The position numbers and the translations under genes are program-made. 64,000 bases of DNA, taken from Felis catus (lineage: Eukaryota). The stretch is from NCBI RefSeq assembly GCF_018350175.1, contig NC_058368.1, positions 171,990,001 through 172,054,000 of the forward strand, read 5' to 3'. The notes under the pieces are model-generated. The model saw only the letters and a list, made by a program, of their open reading frames with translations. It was not told where the DNA came from and searched no databases. Positions 48,400 to 61,956 of the stretch are shown piece by piece (within the stretch, counting starts at the first letter, position 1; each line of letters begins with the position of its first letter).

Positions 48400-51300
48400 G
48401 TGCCCTCTGGAACTCAAGACCCAGTCATCAGCAAAACCTCTTCTATCCCCATCCATCTCTCCGAAAGTTTCTTTCACCTTCTTGCTTTTACAGAAATCTG
48501 GCTGTCTCTTGAGAACACTGCTTTCTCAGGTAGTGGCTATTTTTTCTTTCTTCCTTGACCCTAGTACGAGTGGGTCTGGAGGGTTTGGTAAGCTGTCTTT
48601 GTTCTCCATTGCCACGTTCAGAATCTCATGGCATCAGATTATATCTGCTACCAGCCTTTCTTTTTCCAGTCATCTCAGACTCTTGGGTTATGCTGCCTCA
48701 TTTCTTTAAGATTTTAACTCCAAACTTATTTTAGTTATTGGTGATTTCAGTATTTTGCCAGTATCCTGGCCTCTCGGCTGTCCCCTCCAATAACCTTTAC
48801 GCTCCATCCTACCAACCCCCACCTCTCTCCCAACCCCAGGCACTCATTCCACGATCCTCATCACTACCTGTGACCGCAGTCCCTGTATAATCTCAGTGTC
48901 CAGCATCCCACTCTCCCCCACCACGCCCAGCTGTGCAGCACACGCCCTCTGTTCTACTGATTCAGAGTCCTCCCCCACCACCTTTTCCACCGTCCCTTCC
49001 CTCCTTGGCCAGTTGAAGTTCCACCATCAGACACTAAGCACTCCCTGGTCCCTCTCTCACTTCATGGTTCTTTACTCAGTTGGCCTTGGCACAGAGCCCC
49101 ACCTGCTCTGCAGCTGCGGAGCTAAGTGTGTCAACTGGCCTCACTTTAAGTTCACTGACACAACTTCAAATGAGCCTGTAATACTCCTGACAGTCACGTG
49201 GCACTGCCCCAGTCCGTCCACTCTCCCACGGTCCTGGAGTGGCCAGCAACCGACGGTCACACTCACTGGTTACTCATCTGGGCTGCTTTCACACTAGAGT
49301 GGCAGAGCTGAGAGTCCCAAGCAAGAGCTGATGGCCCACAAAAAATAACATTTATTATCTGACCCTTCACAGAAAACGTCTGCTGACCCCAGTCCTAGGT
49401 ACCTATTTCATACCATCTCTTTCTATCACCATCTTCCCCATCCTCTCTCCGCTGACCTTCCTACTTCACTGAGAAATGGGAAGCAGTGGGAAAGTCCCTT
49501 CTGTAGGCACCCACCATCACAGGCACTCACCTGCCAGCATCTCTACTCGTGTTCTCAACCTCTGTGCCCCATGACCAGTCCTGTTCCTACTCTGGTTCCC
49601 ATCTCTTCTGGTCTAATTGGGGATGGAGCTCCAGAAGCTCTTCCCTCACTCATACCCACTTTTTGCTCTCTTCTGGATCATTCCCCAATCAAAATTTTCA
49701 GACATATTTTGTTCCTTCTACTTTAGGAAAAAGAAAAAAAAGCACATCCTTAGGACCCTAGTTCCTTCTTCCAGGTGCAGCCACAGTCTTCTCCTTTTTG
49801 CAGGAAATTTCCCAAAAGACCTACATTCTCTCAGCCTTGCTTCCCATCTCTCAAATCCATTTCAATCAGCATTTGGGTCCCACCACTCCATAAACTGTTC
49901 TGTCAAGATCACTAGTGCCTTCCTCACCACCAAGTGTAATGGTCAGTTTTCACTCGTTACCTAACTTGACCTGTGTCTGCAGCAGGTGACACAATGGACT
50001 ACTCCCCACTTTGAAACTTTCTTTACTTGGCCTCAAGGACATCAGTCACATGGTTTTCTTGCTACCACAACTGACTGCTCCTTATCAGTCCACTTTATCA
50101 GTTGCTCCCCATCTCCCCAATCTCTAAACATTGGGGGCCACCGCCTCAGACCTCATCTTTCTAACTACGTTCACTCACTTAATAATCTCACCTAGTCCCA
50201 TGATTACTATCCTGCTGGTGACCCCCAAATGTATATCTCTAGCCCAAACCTGTCTCTGAATTCTCAACATATATATCCAACTAGCTGCCTGACTACTCCA
50301 TGTAGGTACCTAATAGACACTTCAAAGTTATGTCCAGAACTGAATTCCTTATTTTCCCCTCTAAACCTGCTCTATCTAGTCTTCCCCATCTCTACAACAA
50401 TTCTTTCCTTCCATGTGTTCTGGCTAAAAAGTTTGGCTTTATGCATGACTCCTCTCTCATGTTCCATGCCTGGTCCATAAGCAAATCCTATTGGTTCTAC
50501 CTTCAAAATATATCAAGAATCCTGGGGCTCCTTGGTGACTCAGTCGGTTAAGCAACGGACTCTTGATTTTGGCTCAGGTTGTGATTTCATGGTTTGTGGG
50601 GTCGTGCCCCACAACAGGCTCTATGCTGACAGTGCAGAGCCTGCCTGGGATTCTCTCTGTCCCTCTCTCTCTGCCCCTTCCCCACACTCTCAGAAATAAA
50701 TAAACATTTAAAATATACATATCAAGAATCCAATGACTTCTCGCCTCCTACTGCTACTACTATGAGCCAAGCCACCATCGTCCTCTCCAGCCGGATCACT
50801 GCAAACACCTTATAACTGGTCTCCTGATTTCTTCCCCATCCCCCTTCAGTCTATTCTTAACACAGTGGCCTGTTAAACACAGGGTGGATATGTTGCTCCT
50901 CTGCTCAAAACTCTCCAACAGCACCCCACCTCACAGAGTTAAAGCCAAAGCCTCTACAAAAGCCTATAAGGCCTTACCTGATCGGTCTTCCAGCCTCCAC
51001 TCCCCAACCTCTCTGACCTTATCTCCTTCTTCTCTTCCTCTAGATCATTCCCTTCCACCCATACTGCTCCTGCCTCCAGTTTAAACATGCAGTTCTATCA
51101 AGAGCATTCTTCCCCATGGTTTCTTTCAAGTCTGATTCAGAACAGTCTTCTTGGTGAGGATACCCTAAATCACTCTATTTAAAATTGTACCTTTCCCTTC
51201 AGCCCTGGTATTCCCTATCTATCTGCTTTATTTTTCTCTGTATACTCTAACTATATCATGTAATTTCAAATTTTTACTGTGTATCTCTCAACAAGAGTAT

Positions 51301-51415
51301 AAGCTTCATGAGTTCAAGTAGTATGCTCTGTTTGGTTCATCCCCAATGCTATGAACATGCTTGGCACATATTAAGCACCTCAAGAAATAAATACTTGTTG
51401 AATGAATGAATGAAT
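48400..51415 (+). mobile_element. Long decayed LINE-2 in the last REEP5 intron
   Basis: L2 RT-region motifs (aaactgttctgtcaagatcac; cttgacctg...gcagca.gtgacaca) and 3' end aataaatacttgttgaatgaatgaatgaat; 5' limit uncertain. Confidence 0.65.
50524..50718 (+). mobile_element. Can-SINE inserted in the L2
   Basis: TSD ATATCAAGAATCC on both sides. Confidence 0.88.
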
Positions 51416-51643
51416 CTGGATACGTGAAAGGGCATTCTCTTGACCTCTAACAAAAGCAATTTGAAACAGTTCAACCTGAAATGAATTAAAGAGATTGTAC
51501 TGGTATATAAACACAGATGATTCTCTAAAATCTCTGCCCACCACAGGAAAGTCATTTTTCCTAATGTGCTGACTAAACAGTGCATTAAATGTGGCATGGT
51601 GGGAGAATCTTGGAAAAAGTAAAGGGCGACAGGCAAAGTATTA

Positions 51644-51970
<327 letters not shown>

Positions 51971-52305
51971 TTACTGGACAGCAGTGGGCATCCTGACAAC
52001 ACACACTGCCGCCTCTGCTCTGTGGATGCCGCTGCCTCGGCTATGTTCTCCAATAGCATTTCCAGTGTTTTCTGCAGGCTACAAGTGCCCTTTTCTTGGA
52101 CGGAAAAAACACCTGACAAATCATGACCTAGTAATGCTGAGACTGAAAACAGAAAGGTAAAACACACCAAATCTGACGGCCTAACTTCCTTCCTACTTTG
52201 GATCACTTTTTAGTTTATGGCTGCAAGAAGTTCTATTAATCATAACTCTTAAAAATCAGTTTAAGAAACATAGTACTTAACTGCACGTGTAAAGAAAACT
52301 GTCTC

Positions 52306-52710
52306 GGGGCGCCTGGGTGGCGCAGTCGGTTAAGCTTCCGACTTCAGCCAGGTCACGATCTCGCGGTCCGTGAGTTCAAGCCCCGCGTCAGGCTCTGGGC
52401 TGATGGCTCGGAGCCTGGAGCCTGTTTCCGATTCTGTGTCTCCCTCTCTCTCTGCCCCTCCCCCATTCATGCTCTGTCTCTCTCTCTGTCCCAAAAATAA
52501 ATTAAAAACGTTGAAAAAAAAATTTTTTTTAATAAAAAAAAAAGAAAACTGTCTAGGGGCACATAGGTGGCTCAGTTAAGTGACTGACTCCTTTTAGCTC
52601 AGATCACAATCTCATGGTTTCTTGGGTTTGAGCCCCACATCATGCTCTGCATGCTGACCATATGTGGAGCCTACTTGGGATTCTGTCTCTTTGCCCATCC
52701 CCCCACTTGT

Positions 52711-52753
<43 letters not shown>

Positions 52754-52774
52754 ATAAATAGATTAAAAAAAAAA
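52306..52774 (+). mobile_element. Two tandem Can-SINEs (young 52306-52540, older 52556-52774)
   Basis: TSD AAAGAAAACTGTCT at 52291-52304 and 52541-52554. Confidence 0.9.
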
Positions 52775-52995
52775 AAAACTATCTAAAGGAACCCGTGAAG
52801 CTTGTTCTTAGTTGGCTTACCCCAGTAGGTCTGTCACATGTATCCATCCTGTTATAGACAAACTCAGCAGAATCTCAGTTTTTGCCTTCGAGGAATCTTT
52901 ACAATCAACTGTTCATCATCTTCCACTTTAAATGTAGATATCATTTCCCAACTCTTTTATGGCTGTACTTTGCCATTGAAATAAAAAAGAGACCA

Positions 52996-53205
52996 GGGGC
53001 ACCTGGGTGGCTCAGTCAGTTGAGCGTCCGACTTCGGCTCAAGTCATGATCTCACAGTCCGTGAGTTCGGGCCCCGCGTCGGGCTCTGTGCTAACAGCTC
53101 AGAGCCTGGAGCCTGTTTCGGATTCTGTGTCTCCCCCTCTCTCTGCTCCTCCCATGCTCATGCTTTCTGTCTCTCAATAATAAATAAACATTAAAAAATT
53201 TTTTT
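52996..53205 (+). mobile_element. Can-SINE
   Basis: Flanks resembling TTGAAATAAAAAAGA..CCAG. Confidence 0.88.
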
Positions 53206-54035
53206 GAAATAAAAAAGACCAGAATTATGCCCTAAAAACTTTATTAACAAGAACTGTCACCTTATATTTATGCCCCCCCAAAAGTCTTACTGTTTATTCA
53301 AATGCCAACAGCTTAGCCCTTTTAGTTGTCCCAGCCGCTTATTCTCATCTAAGACACTGAGCAAAAAAGGGGATATGCACAGCGACCTGCTCATTTCCCT
53401 AGAAAGTTCAATAACCAGCCTACTGGATTTTCTTAGGGTGAAAGATTCTAACATAGCCAGGTGATATAAAAAATGAAGTCCTTTCTTGAGATTCCAAATC
53501 TGTACATTTTATAACTTCTCCTTAAAGAAAAAACCTCGCACCTCTTCTGCTGTCCATTAAACTCCACAGCCTTAGTCCTTATTATTCCAAACCAAACAAT
53601 GTATTCAAATAACTGAGAAGCCACAATGCTTTTCTAAGTTTATGTTTGCTCTAGAGATGAAAAGCTTTTGGTAAAGGACTAAACCAGTAACAAAGCCTTG
53701 GGCTTAAAATGCACATATTTGTGCCCCAAAGCTCACTCCATCAGTACCATTTTGGCTCTGAGAAATTTGTATTGCATTTGTATTACACTCAAAATACAAC
53801 GCAAAACACAGGTTCTCAACAAATTACCCTCTCTAGATTATCTGAACTATAGAACTCTGGAAAAGTAACACTCATGAACTAGAATTTGTTGGACACAGGA
53901 GAGCAGGGGGCTAGCTTTCAAAAGACGGGCTATCAGACTAGACTAAAAAAAAATACAGTAAAGCTATATGTTTCTTGTAAGAAACACACCTAAGGCAAAA
54001 CCAACTAGGAACACTGAAAATAACGGAGTTGAAAG

Positions 54036-54228
54036 AGGGGCGCCTGGGTGGCTCAGCTGGTTAAGCATCCAGACTCTTGATTTTGGTTCAGGTCATGATC
54101 TCACAGTTTGTGGGATTGAGCACTGTATTGGGTTCCATGCTGACAGCACAGAGCTTGTTTGGGATCATTTGTCTCTGACCCTCCCCCACTTGCTCTCTCT
54201 CAAAATAAATAAACTTAAAAAAAAAATA
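54036..54228 (+). mobile_element. Can-SINE within old L1 sequence
   Basis: TTGAAAGAG flanks. Confidence 0.85.
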
Positions 54229-54691
54229 GATTGAAAGAGATGTATCAGACAAATACCAACTCTCAAAATAGCTTATAAAGCAATATTAACCATACACAAA
54301 CATTATTGAAGGCAATGATAAAGAAGGAAAACAATTTGCCAAGTAGATTCACATAAAACCTACATATCTTTGAAGATGTAAATTATATATAACTTTGTAG
54401 GTATATATATATGTAATTATATAATTATACCATTTGTTTTTATAATTTTATAATTATATAATTATAGATAGCTTCCAAATATAGCTTTGAATTATGTAAA
54501 TTAAAGTCATAATTGTATAAATGGAGAAATTCCACGCTCATAGATTTTTAACACTTCCACCAGAAACTGAGATATCAAACAAACTAGAAACTAGTAAGAA
54601 TACAGAACAAGGAATACCAAATTGAAAATCTTGATCTAAAAATATGCAGCTCTCTCCACCTAACAAATTGATTTTAAGAGAGTCAGGGGCT

Positions 54692-55130
54692 GGGGCACCT
54701 GCGTGGCTCAGTTGGTTAAGTCATCGACCTCCGCTCAGGTCATGATCTCACGGTTTGTGGGTTCGAACTCCTGCATTGGGCTCTGTGCTACACACTTGCT
54801 CAGAGCCTGGAGCCTGCTTCAGATTCTATGTCTCCTTCTCTCTCTGCCCTTCCCCTGCTTATGCTCTGTCTCACTCTGTCTCTCAAAAATAAATTAAAAA
54901 AAAAAAATAAGAAAGTTAGGGGCACCTGGGTGGCTCAGTGGGTTGAGTGTCCGACTTAGGCTCAGGTCATGATCTTGCGGTTCGTAAGTTCGAGCCCCAT
55001 GTCGGGCTCTGTGCTGACAGCTCGGAGCCTGGAGCCTGCTTTTCTGATTCTGTGTCTCCCTCTCTCTCTGCTCTTCCCTGCTTGAGCTCTGTCTCTCTCT
55101 CTTTCTCTCAAAAATAAACATTTTAAAAAA
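54692..55130 (+). mobile_element. Two tandem Can-SINEs
   Basis: Heads at ~54692 and ~54919. Confidence 0.87.
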
Positions 55131-55641
55131 GAGTTATATATTATAATAGATAGAGGTTAAAGAATGGTCTCAAGAGAAACTGGGCTCTAGTCCTGGTTCT
55201 GCCATTTACTAGTGAGGCAAACCTTGTGTATGTAACTTAATTGCCTAAGTCTGTATAGACTCTCTAATATAAAAAGATATTAGCTGAAATTAAAAAAAAA
55301 ATCTACCTCACATAGATTTTTGTGAGAAAATAAGAAATATCTGGAACATCTAGGAGTGCTGAGACTTTCTTCCAACAATTCTGTCTTCCACCAACAGCCA
55401 TGAAACAGTAACAGGCTAACTGATTAGCTTTAAATGGGGTAATTACAATCAAATCTCAGAACCAATAGATACCCTTTTTAAACAATTCGTTTCTAACACT
55501 TTTAGTACCTGAAATAAAACTTAAAATAATGATACATCTACGCATATAATTACCAAAAAAACAAAATCAAGAAGTTCTCTAACTTTAATATAAAGGAAAA
55601 ATAAAGTGAAAGTAATTTATCATAAACAATATATATTTTTA

Positions 55642-55832
55642 GGGCACCTGGATGGCCCAGTCAGTTAGCGTCTGACATTGGCTCAGATCATGATCTCATG
55701 GTTCGTGGGTTCAAGCCCCGAATCGGGCTCTGTGCTAACAGCTTCAAAGCCTAGAGCCTGCTTCAGATTCTGTCTCCCTCTCTGTCTGCCCCCAACTCCC
55801 GCTTGTGCTTTCTCTCTCTCAAAAAATAAACG
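55642..55832 (+). mobile_element. Can-SINE
   Basis: Typical body and tail. Confidence 0.85.
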
Positions 55833-56788
55833 CTTGAACATGTAAATGTTCAAGCCAAACTATACTAGACAACACCATAAAACACTAAGTAAAATCAGTG
55901 ACTATTAACAGCTACAAACAAAATTTCCTCCATATATTTCCAAAAGGTTGAGAATTTCTGAACTGGAGGGACTACAAAGGCTGCTTCCCATATCCAAGCA
56001 CTCAACCAAATGCAATTCCCTGTCATAATCTCCAAGTTATGATTTTAAGCCGATCCTCCCTCAAACCTCCTACCCCTGATGTATGACAGACTCCACAGCT
56101 CATTTACTGAACATAACAGCAGAAAGACTGAATGTTAAGAGAGAAGCAGTGGGGGAAAAGCACGGCAAAAGGAAGGGGAAGAGCAAACATTCAGACCAGC
56201 CACCTCCTAGTCTCCCCACACACATCTGTGCAACCAACCCAAACTCCACCAAGCCCTCACACACACGTGGCATCGTAAGACCTTCTGCTACAGGTCCAGG
56301 CCTCTCAATGAAGCCAATCCTTGAAATACCCTCAGCACCTCAGTATGTGTGGGTGGTTTCATGTTTCCTGCTAGTTTTCTCAGAGACTCTGCTCTAGCAC
56401 CTGCTGGGCTTGCTGGCTATCCTAATGAATTATAAGAAGATGTTGCCAGAGAAACCTTGATTTTCTTAATTGCAAATTTCATAATTTGCCATTTGTAGTA
56501 ACCCAAAATGCAGAAATAAGTAACTGCATTTTTCCCTGACTTTAGCTTCCATTTCCTCTGCTTAGAGCCAGGCAGACCCTATAGACCATCTCTGTAGTTA
56601 ACATTTCCTTGTGGAAGACTTCTGGTTTGTAACATCCAAACATCATACAGTGTTTTCCACTGGTTGCTTATATAGGTAATGTTAATACATATATACCCAA
56701 AACACAACACAACAATTTAAACAAAATGATGTGTGAGAAAAAGGAAAAACTACATTCTTGACAGTAAGTTAGAATTCCCTATGCAGAG

Positions 56789-56913
56789 GCCCCCATCGAG
56801 TTCCACACTGAGTGTGGAGCCTACTTGGGATTCTCTCCCTCCCTCACTTTCTGCTCCTCCCTTACTCGCACACATGCGCTCTCTCTCAAAATAAATAGCT
56901 AAAACAACAACGG
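56789..56913 (+). mobile_element. 5'-truncated Can-SINE
   Basis: TSD TATGCAGAG at 56780-56788 and 56914-56922. Confidence 0.75.
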
Positions 56914-58686
56914 TATGCAGAGTGTCCTAGAGGTGCCATGTACTACTACATACTAAGTGATAATTTTTTACTAACTATGTCAACAATTTGGAAAACAAGA
57001 AGTGTTGGTGTTAGCATCTAACACACTAACACATTTGTTACTTATATAGAGGTATTTTGCTGTGTGTTACTAATATTTAGGAAACTGGTATGGAGTTTTA
57101 GATGTATATATCTTAATTTTTACCATTTAAAATTGTAGGAAATAGTCTCCTGGCTGGTATTTCCAGGTAGAATATCTAATTTTCAGGAATGGATTACTAT
57201 TGATGCAGACCTAGAAACCCTCAGCATAAGTATAGGCATCAAGGTGAAATGGAAAGAACTCACTGGATTAGGAATCAAAGAGTTGGTATCTACTTTATTT
57301 TATGACTTTAGGGAAGGTCATAAACAACCTCTCTGAGAGTCCATTTTCTCTTCTGTAAGATTTTAGGAAAGTCACAAATTAATGTACTTGAAGAAAGTAT
57401 ACAAGACGGTAGTGGTATTACCAAATCCTACAGTTATTACTGTTGTTGTAAATCTTTGGAATATTATCTGCCCAAGTAATACCTCAGCCCCTCAGCAATC
57501 CAGAAAAGCTGACTCATTCATCTTTTCTGAACGAATTAAGGCAAGACTACCAGGCAGAACCAGAGCCAAGTGTCTATATTTTTATACCTCTCCAATGTGA
57601 TTAGGTTTCACTCTGGTCTGCTCCTTTCTTTCCAGGGCACTGTAGCTATCATCTTGGGACAGTAAAATAATTACTGCTCTCTACCTATGTCATTAGCGTT
57701 TTCCAGTTTTCAAATGAAATAGCTTTCTTGTATTAAAAAATAAAGTTAATTACTGTTCAACTCTCATGGCTATATTCAGTCACCAGCTTTTACAACTCCC
57801 TTTCTTTAACCTACATAACTATTCTAGAGCCCAGGAGTACCCTGAACGACACAGATCCTCACAGTGCCCGCTGACAGCACAATCACGAGCAAACACAAAC
57901 CCACTCTTACCTGCAGTCCAGAGTCTGTGCTATTTTGGCTGAATTCCTGGCACTACGAGCTCTCATTTGATAAATCCTTAAATTACAGATTACAGCAGGC
58001 CAGATAATTCTGTCTGTGGTTCTAATGGCTGTCGCCATCCAATTTTCTTCTAGAAGAGGTATTTCCAAGGTAGGTCTTACACTTTATATGCAGTTTCTGG
58101 GACCAGCCTGGTCAGAACTGAGTTAATATCAAAAAAGACAAAACACCCACATTTCAACACATCAGCGACCTGCTGATACACTACAATCACCTGATCAGAA
58201 ACAAAATCCATAGGGAAACTTCTGCAATGTAGCCACAAGAACAGTGATAGGCGAAAGCTAAAACAGACTGCCCAGCATGCACAAATAAGAGCTCAAAAAA
58301 GAACACGTGAAGGGCAAGACTTCCCTGTGGTCTTTGCCTCTTATGAAGTTAAGAAATGTTCTGCTTTCCAACACAGGTGCAGTAGTACAGGTGACAGTCT
58401 AAGTCAGGACTAAGAGTCACCAGAGTTTTGTTTAAAAAACTAATCTAGAAAGTAATCTAAATGAGTGTAAAGAGAAGATACAAAGCTATTCATTGTGTCA
58501 CTCATTAAAATGTGATAAAGTGAGATAAATGTCCTAAATGTCTATCATTTGGGGAATTAGTACATTGCTATCAATAATGGATTAGACAGTTTACCAAAGA
58601 ATATTGAATAACATGAGAAAATACTCCTAGTATTATGTTAATTGAAACAAGCTAGATACAGAATCATGTATAAAATGTGGTCTCAA

Positions 58687-58688
<2 letters not shown>

Positions 58689-58726
<38 letters not shown>
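58689..58726. repeat. (AT)19 microsatellite
   Basis: Read directly from the sequence. Confidence 0.95.
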
Positions 58727-58728
<2 letters not shown>

Positions 58729-58871
58729 TTAAAACAATAATATATACATGGTTCTGTGTGTCTTTATGTACTTGGACCAATATACTTGCACATTAAAAAA
58801 ATAGGAAGACTAACATGTGACCGGGGGTACGATTACAAATGCTATTTTCCTCCTTATATAAAACATGTCCC

Positions 58872-58872
<1 letters not shown>

Positions 58873-58920
<48 letters not shown>
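58873..58920. repeat. (AC)24 microsatellite
   Basis: Read directly from the sequence. Confidence 0.95.
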
Positions 58921-58923
<3 letters not shown>

Positions 58924-60178
58924 TGAATATAAACAATACAACAACAGAGACTTTGTTTTATTCACCAAAGTATCCTTCTGACCTAGAACAGATTCTGGCA
59001 CACAGAAGTCCTAAATAAACGTCTTCTGAATAAAGAAATGAAAATACACTACTTTTATAATCAGAGGGAGAAAAAAGGCTTTTGTATTTATTTTTAAAAC
59101 CTCCTGGTAAAGGCAGACCTCAGAGCAAAGCTCTGAGCAGGCACGGTCCACTATTTCTAGTGCGACAGATTACATACTATCTTTTCTACTAATCTTTGAT
59201 GCCTAATCATTGGTTCCTCTTATTTTCTCCAATCATAGGCTGCTTTAGAAAAATGGGGGGAAATGCCAATAATACTAATTCTGCAAAAGATCATTTTTTT
59301 GCAAAAGATAAATATTAAACATGTCCTTACTTGGATCTCTTTGTCATACTCCACACAATCACCATGTGATTGTAACATGGCATATGGTCTATGCTAGTCC
59401 TTAACACAGGATATTCTCCTACCCACTCTGCAATTCAGAGGCTTCTTCTCAGTGTGTTCTCTGAAGCCACTCAGAAAATGCACTACAGCAAGAAAAAAGT
59501 ATTTTGATTGACAGCATAATCCATTTTTAATGATCTCAAGTATATTATCTATTTGGAACATGCAGTAAATTCTCATGGATGCCCTGAGACTACTAATGGA
59601 TGCACATTCCTTTTACTATTAAGGAAGAAAATTTTGCTGCAAAGCAATTTTTGTAATGTACTTCAAAACCAACTATAAATGATTTGGTGATTATCTCGTA
59701 TTTCGGATCCTCTCTTTACCTTCTGTGACCCCCATTAGCAGAAGAGATCAGGAGCGGGCTGGAGTCAGGCTTGCTCCTGTTTTCGAAGTGTGAGGTCAGC
59801 TACTGGTTTGAGTGGGTCTGCTGTCAGGATACTGTTCTCTGCAGCAAGCAGGTGGGCCCAAGGCAAAGCCAAGTCTCTTTCCTTTAGAGACTGCACTGTG
59901 ATGTCACTACTATTAGATGGATCTTATGAAGGACTTCAAAGTTGTTTGTAGTTTAAAATATGTGACATCCAAATAAGATTATAAAAATATAAATGCTAAA
60001 CATCTTTGAATAACAAAACACACAGAAAATCCAGCAACCTTTGAAATCGTAACTGCTACCACAGGCTTTTTAAAAAAAAATTGCTTGAAAATTCTTCAGC
60101 CATCTTACAAGGCATTCTGTGGTAACGTTATTCAAAATTAAGAAATTATAATGAGCATGCTTTCATTTAAATTTTTTA

Positions 60179-60416
60179 GGGGCGCCTGGGTGGCGCAGTC
60201 GGTTAAGCGTCCGACTTCAGCCAGGTCACAATCTCGCAGTCCGGGAGTTTGAGCCCCGCGTCAGGCTCTGGGCTGATGGCTCGGAGCCTGGAGCCTGTTT
60301 CCGATTCTGTGTCTCCCTCTCTCTCTGCCCCTCCCCCGTTCATGCTCTGTCTCTCTCTGTCCCAAAAATAAATAAACGTTGAAAAAAAAATTAAAAAAAA
60401 AATAAAAATAAAAAAT
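60179..60416 (+). mobile_element. Young feline-type Can-SINE
   Basis: CpG-rich, nearly identical to the element at 52306; AAATTTTTTA flanks. Confidence 0.92.
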
Positions 60417-60584
60417 AAATTTTTTAACTATGTAGTTCTTTTTTTTTGTTTTACCATAAATGGTGTCCCACTATATGTAATGTTTACCAATTTTTTATAA
60501 TTAATGAATTATGCAAACATTTCTATAGATGTGAATCATTTCATTCCATTTAACTGTATGGGTGTACTAGTTTTTTCCAAGTCT

Positions 60585-61525
60585 TTTTTTTTTATATAAG
60601 TATAGTTGACATACAATATTATATTAATTCCAGGTGTACAACACAGTGATCTGACAGTTATATACACTATGCAATGCTCGTCACAAGTAGAGTTACATCT
60701 GTCACCGTTCAGAGTTATTACAATATTATTGACTATATTCCCTGTGCTGTATCTTTCATCTGCGTGACTTATTTATTTTAGAACTGGAAGTTTGTACCTG
60801 TCAAGCCCCTTCACCTTCCTCCTTCCTGGCAACACCAGTTTGTTCTCCGTGTTTATGAGTCTGCTTCTGGTTTTTGTTTGTTCATTTTTTTCAATTCTAC
60901 ATATGAGTAAAGTCACATATGGTATCTTTCTCTTACTTACTATTCTTAGCATAGTTACAGCTATGGACCCTCTAGGTCCATCCATGTTGCTGTGAATGGC
61001 AAGATCTCATTCCTTTTTATGGCTGGATAATATTCCATTGTGTGTGTGTACACATCACATCTTTACTTCATTTAGTTCATTTATTGACAACACTTAGATT
61101 GTTTCCATACCTTGGCTATTGTAAATAATGCTGCAAAAAACACAGAGGTGTATATAGCTTTCTCAATTAGTGTTTTCATTTTCTTTGGGTAAATACCCAG
61201 TAATAGAATTACTGGATCACATGGTATAGAATTTTAATTTTTTGATGAACTTCCATACTCTTTTCCACAGTGGCTGCACCAATTTACATTCTCGCCAACA
61301 GGACATGAGGGTTGCCTTTTCTCCATATCCTTGCCAATGCTTGTTATTTCTTGCCTTTTTGACACTAGCCATTCTGACTGGTGTGAGGTGACATCTCACT
61401 GTGGTTTTGATTTGCATTTCCCTGATGATAAGTAATGCTGAAAAGACACGTGCTTTCATGTGTCTGTTGGCCATCTGTATGTCTTCTTTGGAAAAATGTC
61501 TATTCAGGTCTCCTGCACATTTTTT
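60585..61525 (-). mobile_element. Older L1 3' fragment (ORF2 C-terminus plus 3'UTR)
   Basis: ORF 61217..61474 (IREMQIKTT...[13 protein letters not shown]), degraded. Confidence 0.85.
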
Positions 61526-61529
61526 AATA

Positions 61530-61956
61530 TGTATATATACTTATTTATTTTTAAGAGAGGGAGAGAGTGGAGATGGGCAGAGAGAGAAAGGGACAGAGGA
61601 TCAGAAGTGGGCCGCACACTGACAGCAGCAAGCCCAATGGGGGGATCGAACTTTTAAACTGCAAGATAATGACCGGGGCTGAAATTGGATGCTGAACCAA
61701 CTGAGCCACCCAGGGAGCCCCTCTCCTGCCCATTAAAAAAAATTTTTTTTTCCACATTTAGAGGGAGAAGAAAGAGAGTGGGAGCAGGGGAGGGGCAGAG
61801 AGAGAGGGAGACACAGAATTCGAGGCAGGCCCCAGACTCTGAGCTGTCACACAGAGCCTGATACGGGGCTCGAACTCAAGAATGAACTCAAGAACCATGA
61901 GATCATGACCTGAGCTGAAGTCTGACGCTAAACCAACTAAGCCACCCAGGCGCCCC
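61530..61956 (-). mobile_element. Two Can-SINEs
   Basis: Reverse-complement heads ending at ~61720 and ~61956. Confidence 0.85.

Noticed and set aside
48047..48709. 220-aa plus-strand ORF (and 48896..49297)
   Set aside because: No recognisable homology, non-ATG start, and overlap with decayed L2-like DNA in a REEP5 intron.
54375..54500. Self-complementary ATAATTATAT runs
   Set aside because: AT low-complexity sequence inside old L1 DNA.
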